From: Candidatus Hydrogenedentota bacterium
GTDB lineage: Bacteria > Hydrogenedentota > Hydrogenedentia > Hydrogenedentales > GCA-2746185
DNA: 55,686 nt
NCBI GenBank assembly: GCA_046583315.1
Contig: JAYGCN010000261.1
Coordinates: 1-55,686, forward strand
Direction of reading: 5' to 3'
In this document: positions 17,701 through 27,786 of the stretch, piece after piece
Numbering within the stretch: position 1 is the stretch's first letter
Layout of the letters: the number at the start of each line of letters is the position of its first letter
Program-made: the position numbers and the translations under genes
The notes under the pieces: generated by a model
What the model saw: only the letters and a program-made list of their open reading frames with translations
What the model was told of the DNA's origin: nothing
The model's database searches: none

Positions 17701-19011
17701 GGAGATGGTGACTTCGTCTTCGACCTGTTGGACGGAGCCTGTGACGAGGCTTTCGACATTGAGCTCCTCGGCGATTTGGGCCATGGTGAGTTCGGTGTCT
17801 TTGTAGCGCATGACGGAGGAGCGGGAGATGACTTTCAGGGAGCGAATTTTCGCGAGTTCGCCTGTGATGGCTTCGGTCATACCGTTGGCAAAATAGTCTT
17901 TTTCCGGATCGCTGGACATGTTTTCGAGTGGGAGTACGGCGATGGGGGTGATGCGATCGTCCTCGGATGCTTGTGAAAAACGAGTTGATTCCGTCGGTGA
18001 CTCCACCGCGGAAGGCATTGCCCACTGCACGAACCAGACGGATAGAAACGCGATGGCAAGCCCGCCGATTGCGCCATACAACCAAACGGGCAAGCCGACG
18101 ACTTTTTTCGTCCCGGCTTGATTTCTGGAATGCGTACCACGCTGTATACCGTCTATCGCATCTTCGAGGGCGAAGACGATGTCGCCCGCACTACTCATGC
18201 GTTTGCGGGATTGTTTTTCGAGGGCGCGTTCGAGCAGTTTACGAATGGACTCGGGCGTGTGGTCAGGGAGTTTGGTCCAGTCGGGTTCGCGCTCCATGAT
18301 TGCGCCAACGGTGTCTGCGATGGTTTCGCCCTGGAAAGGCAGGTCGCCCGTGAGTGCTTCGTACAGGCAGCATCCAAAGGCCCAGATATCTGTCCGACGA
18401 TCAACCGTCTTGCCGCGTGCCTGTTTCGGTGACATATACACGGGCGTGCCCATGAAAGTACCTTCGGCGGTAACTGCGATGGGACTCATCGGCGTCGTCG
18501 GTGCGCTCGGGTCGGTCGTCTTACTCTCGAGTGAACTTTTCGCAATGCCAAAGTCCAGAATCTTGACCACGCCATCGGCATTAATTTTCACGTTATCCGG
18601 TTTCAGATCGCGGTGAACAATCCCCGCTTCATGAGAGGCGTCCAGTCCGTGTGCTATGTCGATAAAGAGCGGGAGGGTATCTGCAATGGAGAGCGCACCG
18701 CTGGCAATTCGTTCACCCATCGTTTGCCCGTCAATGTACTCCATAATGAGATAGTGAACGTTATGCTCAGCATCATGCTCAAAGCCATGCACGGTCGCCA
18801 CGTTGCTGTGGTTCAACGAAGCCAGCGTCTGCGCTTCGCGCTCGAAACGAGCCAGCCGCTCCGGATCTTTCGCGAAATCTTCGGGCAATACTTTTATCGC
18901 GACATCGCGGCCCAGCTTCGAGTCCGTTGCGCGATAGACTTCACCCATGCCGCCCTTGCCAAGCAGGTCGGTAATGTTGAAGGTACCCAGTGTTGTGCCC
19001 GGCTCGATCAC
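14773..19011 (-). pseudogene. Ser/Thr kinase-TM-TolB_N-TPR-beta-propeller gene interrupted by in-frame TAG (17662-17664) and TGA (17407-17409)
   Basis: GKGGMGEVY, VAIK, HRDLKPDN, DFG; IAVLPLENMS TolB_N; the gap between the two ORFs translates in the same frame (GQSL*NTRSTETITGVLRLQSEVALAIAEEI...AYDLFLRG...DPNF*PGW); repeated WSPDG/FSPDG motifs; GTG start at 19011 inferred from RBS. Confidence 0.85.
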
Positions 19012-19085
19012 AATGCCCCTTTCCTTCGATCCGTAGGGACTTACCTTAACCGAAGCCATAGGGGAATCGCGAATAGTGCGATTAG

Positions 19086-19307
19086 CTAGTAGTCGCCTTT
19101 TTGGATCTTCTCTATCTGCTCAGGGCTGAGCAGACGGACGTTGTCGGCGGACTTGATGTTTATCTTGGTGATGTCGAGTTCGAAGATGCTGCCGATATCG
19201 GTTTTCTTTTTGATGTGGGAGGGGTAGAAGATGATTCGCACTGTAGCGATGGCACCGAGCAGGATGAGCAGTCCGGCGAATCCGAGTATGGTGTAGAGGA
19301 GAAACAT
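19086..19307 (-). CDS. Small hypothetical membrane protein
   Basis: 73-aa ORF with hydrophobic N-terminal helix, starting 4 bp after the serine hydrolase stop. Confidence 0.55.
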   Translation of the reverse strand: MFLLYTILGFAGLLILLGAIATVRIIFYPSHIKKKTDIGSIFELDITKINIKSADNVRLLSPEQIEKIQKGDY

Positions 19308-19311
19308 TGGG

Positions 19312-20715
19312 TTAGGATTTGGGTAGGGCCTTGAGCACGAGTCTCATGAATTCGTCTTGGCTCCAGGCGTCCTGGCTGGAAGAAAGACCGAGGCGCACGA
19401 TGACGGTGTCGCGGGATGCGATGGAAACGACGCTTTGGCCCTGGAATCCGGAGAGTCCGAAGGCATCATGCGGAAGCGATGGCCAGCGGCGATTTTTCTT
19501 GTCATCTTCGTCGCCATGGTTGAGCCAGAACTGTGCACCGTATTCATTCTTGGGTACATGAGCAGTGGGGGTGCGTGCGTAGTTCATCCAGCCTTCGGGC
19601 AGAATGCGTTCACCGTTCCACACGCCGTCCTGCATGGTGAAGAGTCCGAAGCGGGCCATGTCGCGTGCTGAGGAGTGGGTGAATGAGGAGCCGATGAAGG
19701 TGCCGGCAGCGTCCATTTCCATGGTCGTGTTGTGCATGCCGATTTTGTTGAAGAGTTCGATGTTGGGGAAGGCGGCGTAGGTGGCGAGGTCGTTGTCGAG
19801 AGATTGTTTAATAATTCGCGAGATGACGTTGGTGGTGCCGGAGGAGTAGTACCATTTCGAGTCCGGATCGGCTTCGAGGGGATGGGATGCGGTGAAGCCT
19901 GCGGTGTCGGGCTGGCCGTAGAGCATGATGACGACGTCGACCAATGCGCCGGAGTATTCTTCTACGAATTCGAGACCGCTGCTCATGCGCAGAAGCTGGT
20001 CGGTGGTGATGGCGTGTCGTGGATCGTTTGCGTCGCTCCATTCCGGTACGGGTGCTGGCGCGTGGATGTCGAGTTTGTCCTGTTTGACAAGAATTGCTGT
20101 GAGAGTGCTGATGATGGATTTTCCCATGGACCAGATGATGAGGGGCTGATGTCTGCTGTAACCGTTGGCGTAGTGTTCGGCAACAATTTTGCCCTGGTGT
20201 ACGACAACGATGGCGCGCGTTCCTCGTCGCATGTCGTCGCTGGGTTCGTCAAAGGCGTAGTCGATGGCCTTTTGCATCTTGCGTCTGCTGATTTTTGCCG
20301 TGATGGGACTGTCGCCTTCACCCAATGGCCAGGGCTGTTCGTCGCTGAGGGTATCGTACAGTGGGATATCACCAATGGGCTGATTGCGGACGTCCTCTTC
20401 GGGTACGTCATAGAGATTCGTGCAACCGCAGCCTTCACGGAAAACGGAGACCGCTTTGAAACCGTCCTGGAGGAGGATGGTGACTTTTTTCGTGTCGGTG
20501 TCGACGATGAAATTCAGTGTCGATGGGTCGGGCACGCCGTTGTCGTTGGTGAGGATGTCTTCAGCGGTGCGTCCTGAGAGGAATATGCCGGAACACAGGA
20601 TTTTCGCGTGTCGGTTGGCGGCGATCTCCCAGAGCGTGAGTTCTTTGGCGATGGCTGAAGGGGCCAGTGTGATGCATAGGAGGACGGCCATTGAACGGAT
20701 TAGGCGTGTATTCAT
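19312..20715 (-). CDS. Secreted serine hydrolase, beta-lactamase/AmpC-like family
   Basis: Signal peptide, SMGK (SxxK), LLRMSSGL, WYYSSG, GFQGQ. Confidence 0.9.
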   Translation of the reverse strand: MNTRLIRSMAVLLCITLAPSAIAKELTLWEIAANRHAKILCSGIFLSGRTAEDILTNDNGVPDPSTLNFIVDTDTKKVTILLQDGFKAVSVFREGCGCTNLYDVPEEDVRNQPIGDIPLYDTLSDEQPWPLGEGDSPITAKISRRKMQKAIDYAFDEPSDDMRRGTRAIVVVHQGKIVAEHYANGYSRHQPLIIWSMGKSIISTLTAILVKQDKLDIHAPAPVPEWSDANDPRHAITTDQLLRMSSGLEFVEEYSGALVDVVIMLYGQPDTAGFTASHPLEADPDSKWYYSSGTTNVISRIIKQSLDNDLATYAAFPNIELFNKIGMHNTTMEMDAAGTFIGSSFTHSSARDMARFGLFTMQDGVWNGERILPEGWMNYARTPTAHVPKNEYGAQFWLNHGDEDDKKNRRWPSLPHDAFGLSGFQGQSVVSIASRDTVIVRLGLSSSQDAWSQDEFMRLVLKALPKS

Positions 20716-20843
20716 GTTGACTCCGTTGGAGATTTCGAGACGGTTAAGGGTACGGCGAAAAGCGTCATGAATGCAAGCCGTATTTGGCGATACAGCATGG
20801 ATCTGGCAGCCGGAAGCGCCGTTTTAGTTTTACGTCGTGCCTT

Positions 20844-21734
20844 TTACTCAGGGCCGGATTGTGCGGTATCTTTGCCCATGTCGCGATGCCGGAGCCTTGC
20901 GTCGTATTGCATGTCGCGCATGAGGCGCAGTACTTCGTGGGCCATGGCGACCGAACGATGGCGGCCGCCGGTGCAGCCGATCGCGATGGTGAGGTAGGAC
21001 TTGGGCTCGGCTTCGTATCGTGGGATAAGATATTTGAGCATTGCTTTCGAATGCTTGAAAAATTCGCGTGCCTCGTCGTTGTTGGTGACGTAGTCGCTTA
21101 CTTCCGGGTCCATGCCGGAGAGCGGCCGCAGGTCTTCGTCCCAGTAGGGGTTCGGGAGAAATCGCACGTCGAGCACAATGTTGGCCTCCAAGGGAACGCC
21201 GTATTTGAAGCCGAAGGAGAGGACTTCAACGACCATCTGATGCTTGCCGTGGTCGGTGGATGCCATCGTGGCGATACGCTCGCGTAGTTCGGTCGGCTTG
21301 AGCTCGCTCGTGTCGAGAATCAAATCGGCTATATCGCGTAAGGGGCGTACGAGCTCGCGTTCATGGGCGATACCCTCCTCGATAGTGCCGTGTGGGGACA
21401 CCGGATGAGGACGGCGCGTCTCGCTGTACCGTTTGTGCAGCGTCTCGTCCGAGGAATCAAGAAAGAGGACTTGATATTCGAAGCCTTGCGTGCGCAATTC
21501 CGCGAGATGGCCGGGAAGATTCCTGAGGTCATCTCCCGATCGGGCATCCACACACGCCGCGATGCGATTGCCGACCGTGCCGGACTCGCTGGAGAGCTCG
21601 GCGATTTTTGGGATGAGTTCGGCTGGTAGATTATCGACGCAGTAATATCCCAGATCTTCGAAAAATCGGACGGCCTGTGTTTTGCCAGAGCCGGACATGC
21701 CGGTGATAATGACGAGACGTTGAGGTGAGTTCAT
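20844..21734 (-). CDS. rapZ: RNase adapter RapZ (YvcJ) family P-loop protein
   Basis: ITGMSGSGKT, VDNLP, SFGFKYG, DVRFLPNP, GCTGGRHRSV. Confidence 0.96.
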   Translation of the reverse strand: MNSPQRLVIITGMSGSGKTQAVRFFEDLGYYCVDNLPAELIPKIAELSSESGTVGNRIAACVDARSGDDLRNLPGHLAELRTQGFEYQVLFLDSSDETLHKRYSETRRPHPVSPHGTIEEGIAHERELVRPLRDIADLILDTSELKPTELRERIATMASTDHGKHQMVVEVLSFGFKYGVPLEANIVLDVRFLPNPYWDEDLRPLSGMDPEVSDYVTNNDEAREFFKHSKAMLKYLIPRYEAEPKSYLTIAIGCTGGRHRSVAMAHEVLRLMRDMQYDARLRHRDMGKDTAQSGPE

Positions 21735-21754
21735 GGGATGACCCGGATTCCCGG

Positions 21755-22720
21755 TTAGTTGTTGTAACCTTGTTGCATGGAAGCGATAATGCGTTGGTTC
21801 AGAACTTCGGCTGGGTTTATGCCTAACTCCTTGAGGCGATGATTCAGTGCGGCCACTTCAAGGATAATCGCGATGTTTCGGCCGGGCCGCACGGGTATCC
21901 GGATGTAGGGTATGTTGATGCCGAGTATTTCCTTGGTTTCTTCCGCTAGGCCGGTGCGGTCGTAATTCAATCCTTCTTGCCATTCTTCCAATTCGACAAG
22001 CAAGGAAATTGGTTTACGTTTCGTGACTCGTCCCACACCAAAAATACTCTTTATGTCGACGATCCCCACGCCACGAATTTCCATGCAGTGTTCAATGTGG
22101 GGGTTGGAACTGGCCATCAGCGTGTCGTCGCGCAGGCGCTTCAGCTTTACTAGGTCGTCGGCAATCAAGAGATGGCCACGTTCCACCAGCTCGAGAGCGA
22201 TTTCGCTTTTCCCGATACCCGGCGTGCCCGCAATCATCACACCCACCCCGTAACAGTCGACGGCCGTGGCGTGTACCTCTGTCTCGGGCGCGAAATCTTC
22301 GGCGAGGTGAATGATGATGCGGCTGATGAGCTCGTCGGTGGAGAGCGGCGTTTGAATCACTGGAATGCCACGGGCGTTGCACATTTCCAGGAAGATGTTC
22401 TGCGGCATGTGTTTGCGCGAGAGCAGGAAAGCCGGAATCTCGAAGGAAAACATGTTTTCGAGTCGGGTCTGGAGAACGCTGGGGGATAAGCCCTCCATGT
22501 AATGGATCTCGGTGTTCCCCAAGAGCTGGACGCGGTCGCTGGAAAAATAGTCGAGATAGCCGCTGAGCGCGAGACCGGGACGATTGAGGTCCGAAATGTA
22601 GACTTGTCGTCCGATGCCCTGATAGCCTGCGATGACCTTGAAATCATCGGGAAAATGTTCAAGTAGACGGGCTATGGCCATGCTGCTACGGCGTTTGATT
22701 ACCAGATTATCGAGTTTCAT
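21755..22720 (-). CDS. hprK: HPr kinase/phosphorylase
   Basis: NRPGLALSG, GTPGIGKSE, LIADD, MEIRGVGI, PVRPGRN. Confidence 0.96.
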   Translation of the reverse strand: MKLDNLVIKRRSSMAIARLLEHFPDDFKVIAGYQGIGRQVYISDLNRPGLALSGYLDYFSSDRVQLLGNTEIHYMEGLSPSVLQTRLENMFSFEIPAFLLSRKHMPQNIFLEMCNARGIPVIQTPLSTDELISRIIIHLAEDFAPETEVHATAVDCYGVGVMIAGTPGIGKSEIALELVERGHLLIADDLVKLKRLRDDTLMASSNPHIEHCMEIRGVGIVDIKSIFGVGRVTKRKPISLLVELEEWQEGLNYDRTGLAEETKEILGINIPYIRIPVRPGRNIAIILEVAALNHRLKELGINPAEVLNQRIIASMQQGYNN

Positions 22721-22800
22721 TGTCGATGGTCAGCCTTTTGTCCGCTTGCTTAACCTTTATGGTAGCAATGCGTTGCTGTCAGTACAAGTTTCATGCACAC

Positions 22801-22837
22801 AAAAACGACCGCCTCCCGGGATGTGGAAGGCGGTCGT
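22801..22837 (-). terminator. Intrinsic terminator after hpf
   Basis: Minus strand ACGACCGCCTTCC...GGGAGGCGGTCGT followed by TTTTT. Confidence 0.8.
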
Positions 22838-22859
22838 CGATTCGAAATCTGGATAATGG

Positions 22860-23426
22860 CTATTCCTGAGGTTCGATGAGTCCGAAGTTACCATCTTCGA
22901 GCTTGTATACCACGTTGATTTTGTTGGTTTCGGCGTTTGAGAAAACCAGGAAGGGCTCGTGCAACAAATCGATCTGCATGGCCGCTTCTTCCACGGTCAT
23001 CGGTTTAATTTCTACTTTCTTACGTTCAATAATCGTATGGGCCAACTCGCTGGCCGGTTGATCAGCATGTTCTTCACTGAGGAAGGGGACTTCGAGCACT
23101 TTAAGCTGATACTCACGTTTTTCGCCCGAGGTGCGCGGTTGATGGCGATTGATTCGATCCTTGTGCTTGCGGATTTGTTTATCGATCTTGGTAACGGCTG
23201 AGTCAAACGATGAGTAGAGATCCCCCGATGCTTCCTTGGCGTTGATGCGCAATCCGTTGGCGTGAAGATTGATTTCGGCGATGTGCCGGTGTCGTTGAAC
23301 GTCGAGTATGACGTCAATATCGATAACCTTGTTAAAATGGTCGGTAACCTTTTCGAGTCCTCCATCTATGTGGTCGCGCAGTCCTTCGGTAATGTCGATG
23401 TGTCGTCCAGAAATGCTTACGTTCAT
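22860..23426 (-). CDS. hpf: Long-form ribosome hibernation promoting factor
   Basis: ISGRHIDIT, DLYSSFD..V.KIDKQIRKHK, C-terminal KPMTVEEAAMQ...FLVF.N...INVVYK..DGNFGLIEP. Confidence 0.95.
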   Translation of the reverse strand: MNVSISGRHIDITEGLRDHIDGGLEKVTDHFNKVIDIDVILDVQRHRHIAEINLHANGLRINAKEASGDLYSSFDSAVTKIDKQIRKHKDRINRHQPRTSGEKREYQLKVLEVPFLSEEHADQPASELAHTIIERKKVEIKPMTVEEAAMQIDLLHEPFLVFSNAETNKINVVYKLEDGNFGLIEPQE

Positions 23427-23474
23427 AGAATCCCCTTTCCGGTATCCACTGCATGTTTACTTCTTAATACTTAA

Positions 23475-23503
23475 AGCATATCGTAGGTTTGGATCCATGT
23501 CAA
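23475..23503 (-). promoter_or_regulatory. Sigma70 promoter for hpf
   Basis: Minus strand TTGACA-17 bp-TATGCT. Confidence 0.7.
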
Positions 23504-23537
23504 TTATTCTGTCAAAATCGCCGTATTTGCTTTATAT

Positions 23538-24488
23538 TCACGGGGTATTCTGCCGAACAATCATGGCATTTCGCCGCAATCCCTCGTGACCCGTGCGCCG
23601 AACGGGCGTTCCCTCGAATTCGGCCTTGAACTGCTCTTCGTTCATGCGCGCGAAATAGTCGAGTGGCGGGTTGGCATGATCGAGGCGCGGAAAAAAATCC
23701 TGCTCCTGTGTCGGCGTCTCAAATCGGTTCCAGGGACACACTTCCTGGCAAATATCGCATCCGTAAACCCAGTCGCCATGGGCACTGTGTAATTCGTCGG
23801 GAATGTCGCCCCGGTTTTCGATGGTCTGGTACGAAATGCACCGATTGGAGTCCACGATACCGGGAGAAACAATGGCTTGGGTGGGGCAGACATCTAGGCA
23901 CGCCGTGCACGTGCCGCAAATGTCCACCGCGGGCGAATCGGGTTCTGCTTCCAAGGTTGTGAGAATCGTTGCGAGAAAAAACCAGGAGCCCATGTCGCGT
24001 CGCAGGGCGAGACTGTTCTTGCCAATCGAGCCGATGCCCGCGCGGGCCGCCCAGGTGCGCTCCAGGACCGGTCCCGTATCGATGCTGGAGTAGGTCTGCG
24101 TTTCTGGCGCGAGGGACTCCACGTATTTCGCGAGGCGAATCAGCGGTTTACGCAGTGCGCGGTGGTAGTCGCGTCCCCAGGCGTAGCGCGAAATTTTTCC
24201 GCTGGCTACATCGGGCGCTTCAGGACGAGGCGTGAAGTAATTCTTCGCGACGACGATTACGGATCGGGTACCGGGTAGTTTTTGTTGCACGTCGTTGCGT
24301 TGTTCGCGCGTGCGTTCCATCCAGTTCATGTCCGCGTGGAATCCGCGATCAAGCCACTCGCTCAGATGGGTTTCATTACCCGAATGGGACGCGCTGGCAA
24401 TCCCGCAAGCATCGAAGTAGTGTTCGGTCGCGTAAGTCTTGATGCGTTCCGCCGCAGTAGCCGGCGACAACTCGGTGATGGTGTTCAT
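23538..24488 (-). CDS. queG: Epoxyqueuosine reductase
   Basis: ISRYAWGRDYH, DTGPVLER, CGTCTACLDVCPT, GCDICQEVCPWN. Confidence 0.96.
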   Translation of the reverse strand: MNTITELSPATAAERIKTYATEHYFDACGIASASHSGNETHLSEWLDRGFHADMNWMERTREQRNDVQQKLPGTRSVIVVAKNYFTPRPEAPDVASGKISRYAWGRDYHRALRKPLIRLAKYVESLAPETQTYSSIDTGPVLERTWAARAGIGSIGKNSLALRRDMGSWFFLATILTTLEAEPDSPAVDICGTCTACLDVCPTQAIVSPGIVDSNRCISYQTIENRGDIPDELHSAHGDWVYGCDICQEVCPWNRFETPTQEQDFFPRLDHANPPLDYFARMNEEQFKAEFEGTPVRRTGHEGLRRNAMIVRQNTP

Positions 24489-24543
24489 GGATTCAGTATA
24501 TCACGAGAAAAAGCAGGTGACGATTCTTGGTTCGCTGGTCGCC

Positions 24544-24924
24544 TCAGCCCCGGTCGCCGAGGATATAGCGAATCACGTCGAGATAGTCCAGTATGAGTGA
24601 TGCGACGATGGTCAGGAGTAGCACGCGCATCCAGATAAGGAAGGCCCTGGAAGCCTCGGAATCATTCAATTCTTTGTAAAGGTAAATGGCGAGTGGTGTC
24701 CAGAAAACGACGTGGACGAGCCCAAGGATTCTGGTAAACCCGACGACTTCCGCCGCCAGCATCATGCAGCCGGCGTTGAGTATCCATACGACGAATACCG
24801 CCCGTGCCGCAACATGATTCTTGACGAAGACGATGCTGGCCGTGTTGATGGCCATCATCCAGTACATCCACAGTTGCCAGCCGACAGGCATGGCCTGGAA
24901 TCCTTCGTTGAATACGGAATCCAT
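24544..24924 (-). CDS. Hypothetical 4-TM membrane protein
   Basis: 126 aa, four hydrophobic segments, AGGAG RBS. Confidence 0.75.
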   Translation of the reverse strand: MDSVFNEGFQAMPVGWQLWMYWMMAINTASIVFVKNHVAARAVFVVWILNAGCMMLAAEVVGFTRILGLVHVVFWTPLAIYLYKELNDSEASRAFLIWMRVLLLTIVASLILDYLDVIRYILGDRG

Positions 24925-24955
24925 GAGAATCTCCTATATGCATTTGCGGCGAAAA

Positions 24956-26437
24956 TCAGGCGTGACGCCAGAACCCTGGTATTAACAACACGCAGATGCT
25001 GAATAATTCCAGGCGACCGAGCACCATGCACATGGAGAGGAAGAGTTTGCCCAGAGCGGGGATGTGCGAGTAGTCGTGGGCGGGGCCTACGAAATCGAGG
25101 CCGGGGCCGATATTGTTGAGTGTTCCTGCAACGGCTCCCATCGCGCTTTCGAAGGGCAGACCGAGGGCACTCATGAGAATTGTACCCACTACGAACCAGC
25201 CGAGGTAGAGGACAAAAAAGGCGTTTACTGACTTGCGGGTGTCGTCGTCGATCACGTTGTCACCGATACGAACTGCTCGAATGGTCTTGGGGCGAAAGGT
25301 GTTTTCGACGCGCCAGTAGACGATTTTGGTGAGCATGACGAGGCGCACGACTTTGAGTCCACCCGTGGTGGAACCCGCGCATCCACCGAAGAACATGATA
25401 ACGAAGATGAGCATGATGGACAGATTGGGCCATGTTGCATAATCGTGCGTGTTGAATCCAGTTCCGGTGAGGATGGAAGCAACCTGAAACGACGCGATAC
25501 GGAATGAATATCCAGCGGTGTGTGGTTCGTCCGGGAAGGACCCGTCTCCGACATGGGATTGGCCATAGAAGATGTTGAGCGTTGCGACCAGTGTGACCAC
25601 GACGAAAATTCCTATGAATGTACGCCACTCGGTGTCTTTGAAAAGGGCTTTCCAGTTTTTGTTGAAGATGACAAAGATGAGGGAGAAACTGGTGCCTGCG
25701 ATAAGCATGAACACGATGACGATGGTCTCGATGGCGACACTGTCAAACGCGGAGATGCTGGCTTGTCGCGTGGAGAATCCACCTGAGGATATGGTCGACA
25801 TCGTATGGCAGAGCGCGTCGTAGAACCCCATGCCGGCCATCATCAGGAGGAGCAACATGGATACGGTCAGGGTCAGGTAGGCGCGGTATAACATTTGTGC
25901 GGTGTCTTTGATGCGCGGTGACATCCCGTGAGGGTTTTCTCCCGTGGATTCGCTCTTGAAGAGTTGTTTACCCCCGGCGCCAAGGTAGGGCAGGACTGCG
26001 ATCGCCATCACAACGACACCGATGCCGCCGAGCCATTGCGAAAACGATCGCCAGAAGAGCAGGCTTTTCGGCTGGGCTTCAATATCCTGAATCACCGTGG
26101 AACCGGTGGTGGTGAACCCGGACATACTTTCGAAAAAAGAGTCAACGATTCCTAAAGAACCCGTCATAATATAGGGGATAGAGCCGATAATGGCCGCGAC
26201 AATCCACGACATGGCAACCATGAGCAGGGCCTCTCGCTGAAACATGGTCTGCGAGGCGTTTCGACCGAGCATCAACAAAATGAGTGCTATCATGGCAGCA
26301 ATCGCGAAGGAGATGGCGAAGGCGCGCAGGGCATCCCATTCTTGAAAATACACGGCCCAAATCATTGAAGGCCCCATGAGCAGGGCCAGCGCGGTTATAA
26401 AGAACCCTAAGTATTTCGCGACGAGTCGATAATTCAT
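24956..26437 (-). CDS. trkH: Trk potassium uptake membrane subunit
   Basis: ESMSGFTTTG, WLGGIG, GCAGSTTGGLK, LNNIGPG, MVLGRLE. Confidence 0.96.
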   Translation of the reverse strand: MNYRLVAKYLGFFITALALLMGPSMIWAVYFQEWDALRAFAISFAIAAMIALILLMLGRNASQTMFQREALLMVAMSWIVAAIIGSIPYIMTGSLGIVDSFFESMSGFTTTGSTVIQDIEAQPKSLLFWRSFSQWLGGIGVVVMAIAVLPYLGAGGKQLFKSESTGENPHGMSPRIKDTAQMLYRAYLTLTVSMLLLLMMAGMGFYDALCHTMSTISSGGFSTRQASISAFDSVAIETIVIVFMLIAGTSFSLIFVIFNKNWKALFKDTEWRTFIGIFVVVTLVATLNIFYGQSHVGDGSFPDEPHTAGYSFRIASFQVASILTGTGFNTHDYATWPNLSIMLIFVIMFFGGCAGSTTGGLKVVRLVMLTKIVYWRVENTFRPKTIRAVRIGDNVIDDDTRKSVNAFFVLYLGWFVVGTILMSALGLPFESAMGAVAGTLNNIGPGLDFVGPAHDYSHIPALGKLFLSMCMVLGRLELFSICVLLIPGFWRHA

Positions 26438-27768
26438 TGGGGGAACATTTTACGAACGGCTTCGAGTGATTTGGCGGTCGTGATGACGATAACCGAGTCG
26501 CCGCTTTGCAGGGTGTCGATACCCGTAGGAATGATGACCTGGTCTTTGCGCAGAATTGAGCCTATCAAACTTTGTTTGGGAAACTTTATTTCGGAAAGGG
26601 TTTCGCCGTACATCGGATTGGACTCATTGATCTTGAATTCGAGAATTTCGACCTGGCCATCTTCCAGCACCGCCAGCGATTGGCTGTGTTCAGTACTGGT
26701 CAGCTTCATGATGCGATTGGCAATACAGGCACGCGGTGTGACGGCGTGATCAATACCGAGCTTGCGAACCAGCGGCGCGAAGTCTGGTTGGTGTACGACC
26801 GCGAGCGTTCGTTTCGCGCCCACTTCTTTGGCCAACACGCTCGCCATAATGTTGCGTTCATCGTCATGCGTAACGGAGACGAAAATGTCGGTGCCATCGA
26901 TATGCTCTTGCTCCAGCGACATGCGCGAGGTGGCATCGCGACACACGACCTTGGTCTTCTTGAGTTCGGCCGCCAATTCCGTGCATCGATCCATGTTCCG
27001 TTCAAGCAGTTTGACCGAATGCCCTTTCTTTTCCAGAATACTCGCAAGATGTCGGCCCGTGCGGCTGCCGCCCATGATGACCACTTTGTCGTTGCGCACT
27101 TCGATGCCCTTGAAGAGCTTGTGGGCCTGCTCGATTTTTTCCGTTTTGCCCAGCAGCGTCACGACGTCGTTCTCTTCGATGGTGGAGCCGCCGTAGGGGA
27201 TCTGGGCATGGCCGCCGCGGCTGATGACACCCACGAGGATGCCTTCGGGAAGCTTGATGTCTTTCAATGATTCACCCGGGCCGTGTGGTGCCTTGGTAAC
27301 CTGAATCTGCATCATCTTGATGCGCCCGTTGCCAAAGGATTCAGTGGCCACCATGCCCGGATTCTGGATGTAATTGACCATCTCCTTGGCGGTCAGTGCC
27401 TGTGGGCTCAGGATATAGTCGATGCCCATAATGGTCTCATACAGGATATCGTGCTCGTTGTACATGCGATTTTCCACACGCGCGACCACTTTCTTGGCAC
27501 CCAGGCCCTTCGCCGTTGTCGCCGCGATGAGATTTATTTCGTCCACACCCGTCGTCGCCAAAAACAGATCGGCATCCGCGACGCCGAGTTCCTGGAGCAA
27601 AAGCACATCTTGGGCATGCCCGCAAACGGTACTGACATCCAGAGAATAGTCAACGTGATCGACCTGATTTCGGTCGGACTCGATGACGGTAACATGGTGG
27701 TTTTCCTTGCAGAGAAGGCGCGCGAGTTGAAAGCCAACACGGCCGCCGCCTGCAATAAAGATTTTCAT
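26434..27768 (-). CDS. trkA: Trk potassium uptake NAD-binding subunit
   Basis: Two RCK repeats (IAGGGRVG; IMGGSRTG); overlaps trkH by 4 nt. Confidence 0.96.
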   Translation of the reverse strand: MKIFIAGGGRVGFQLARLLCKENHHVTVIESDRNQVDHVDYSLDVSTVCGHAQDVLLLQELGVADADLFLATTGVDEINLIAATTAKGLGAKKVVARVENRMYNEHDILYETIMGIDYILSPQALTAKEMVNYIQNPGMVATESFGNGRIKMMQIQVTKAPHGPGESLKDIKLPEGILVGVISRGGHAQIPYGGSTIEENDVVTLLGKTEKIEQAHKLFKGIEVRNDKVVIMGGSRTGRHLASILEKKGHSVKLLERNMDRCTELAAELKKTKVVCRDATSRMSLEQEHIDGTDIFVSVTHDDERNIMASVLAKEVGAKRTLAVVHQPDFAPLVRKLGIDHAVTPRACIANRIMKLTSTEHSQSLAVLEDGQVEILEFKINESNPMYGETLSEIKFPKQSLIGSILRKDQVIIPTGIDTLQSGDSVIVITTAKSLEAVRKMFPQ

Positions 27769-27786
27769 GAAAAGACTAGCCCCGTA

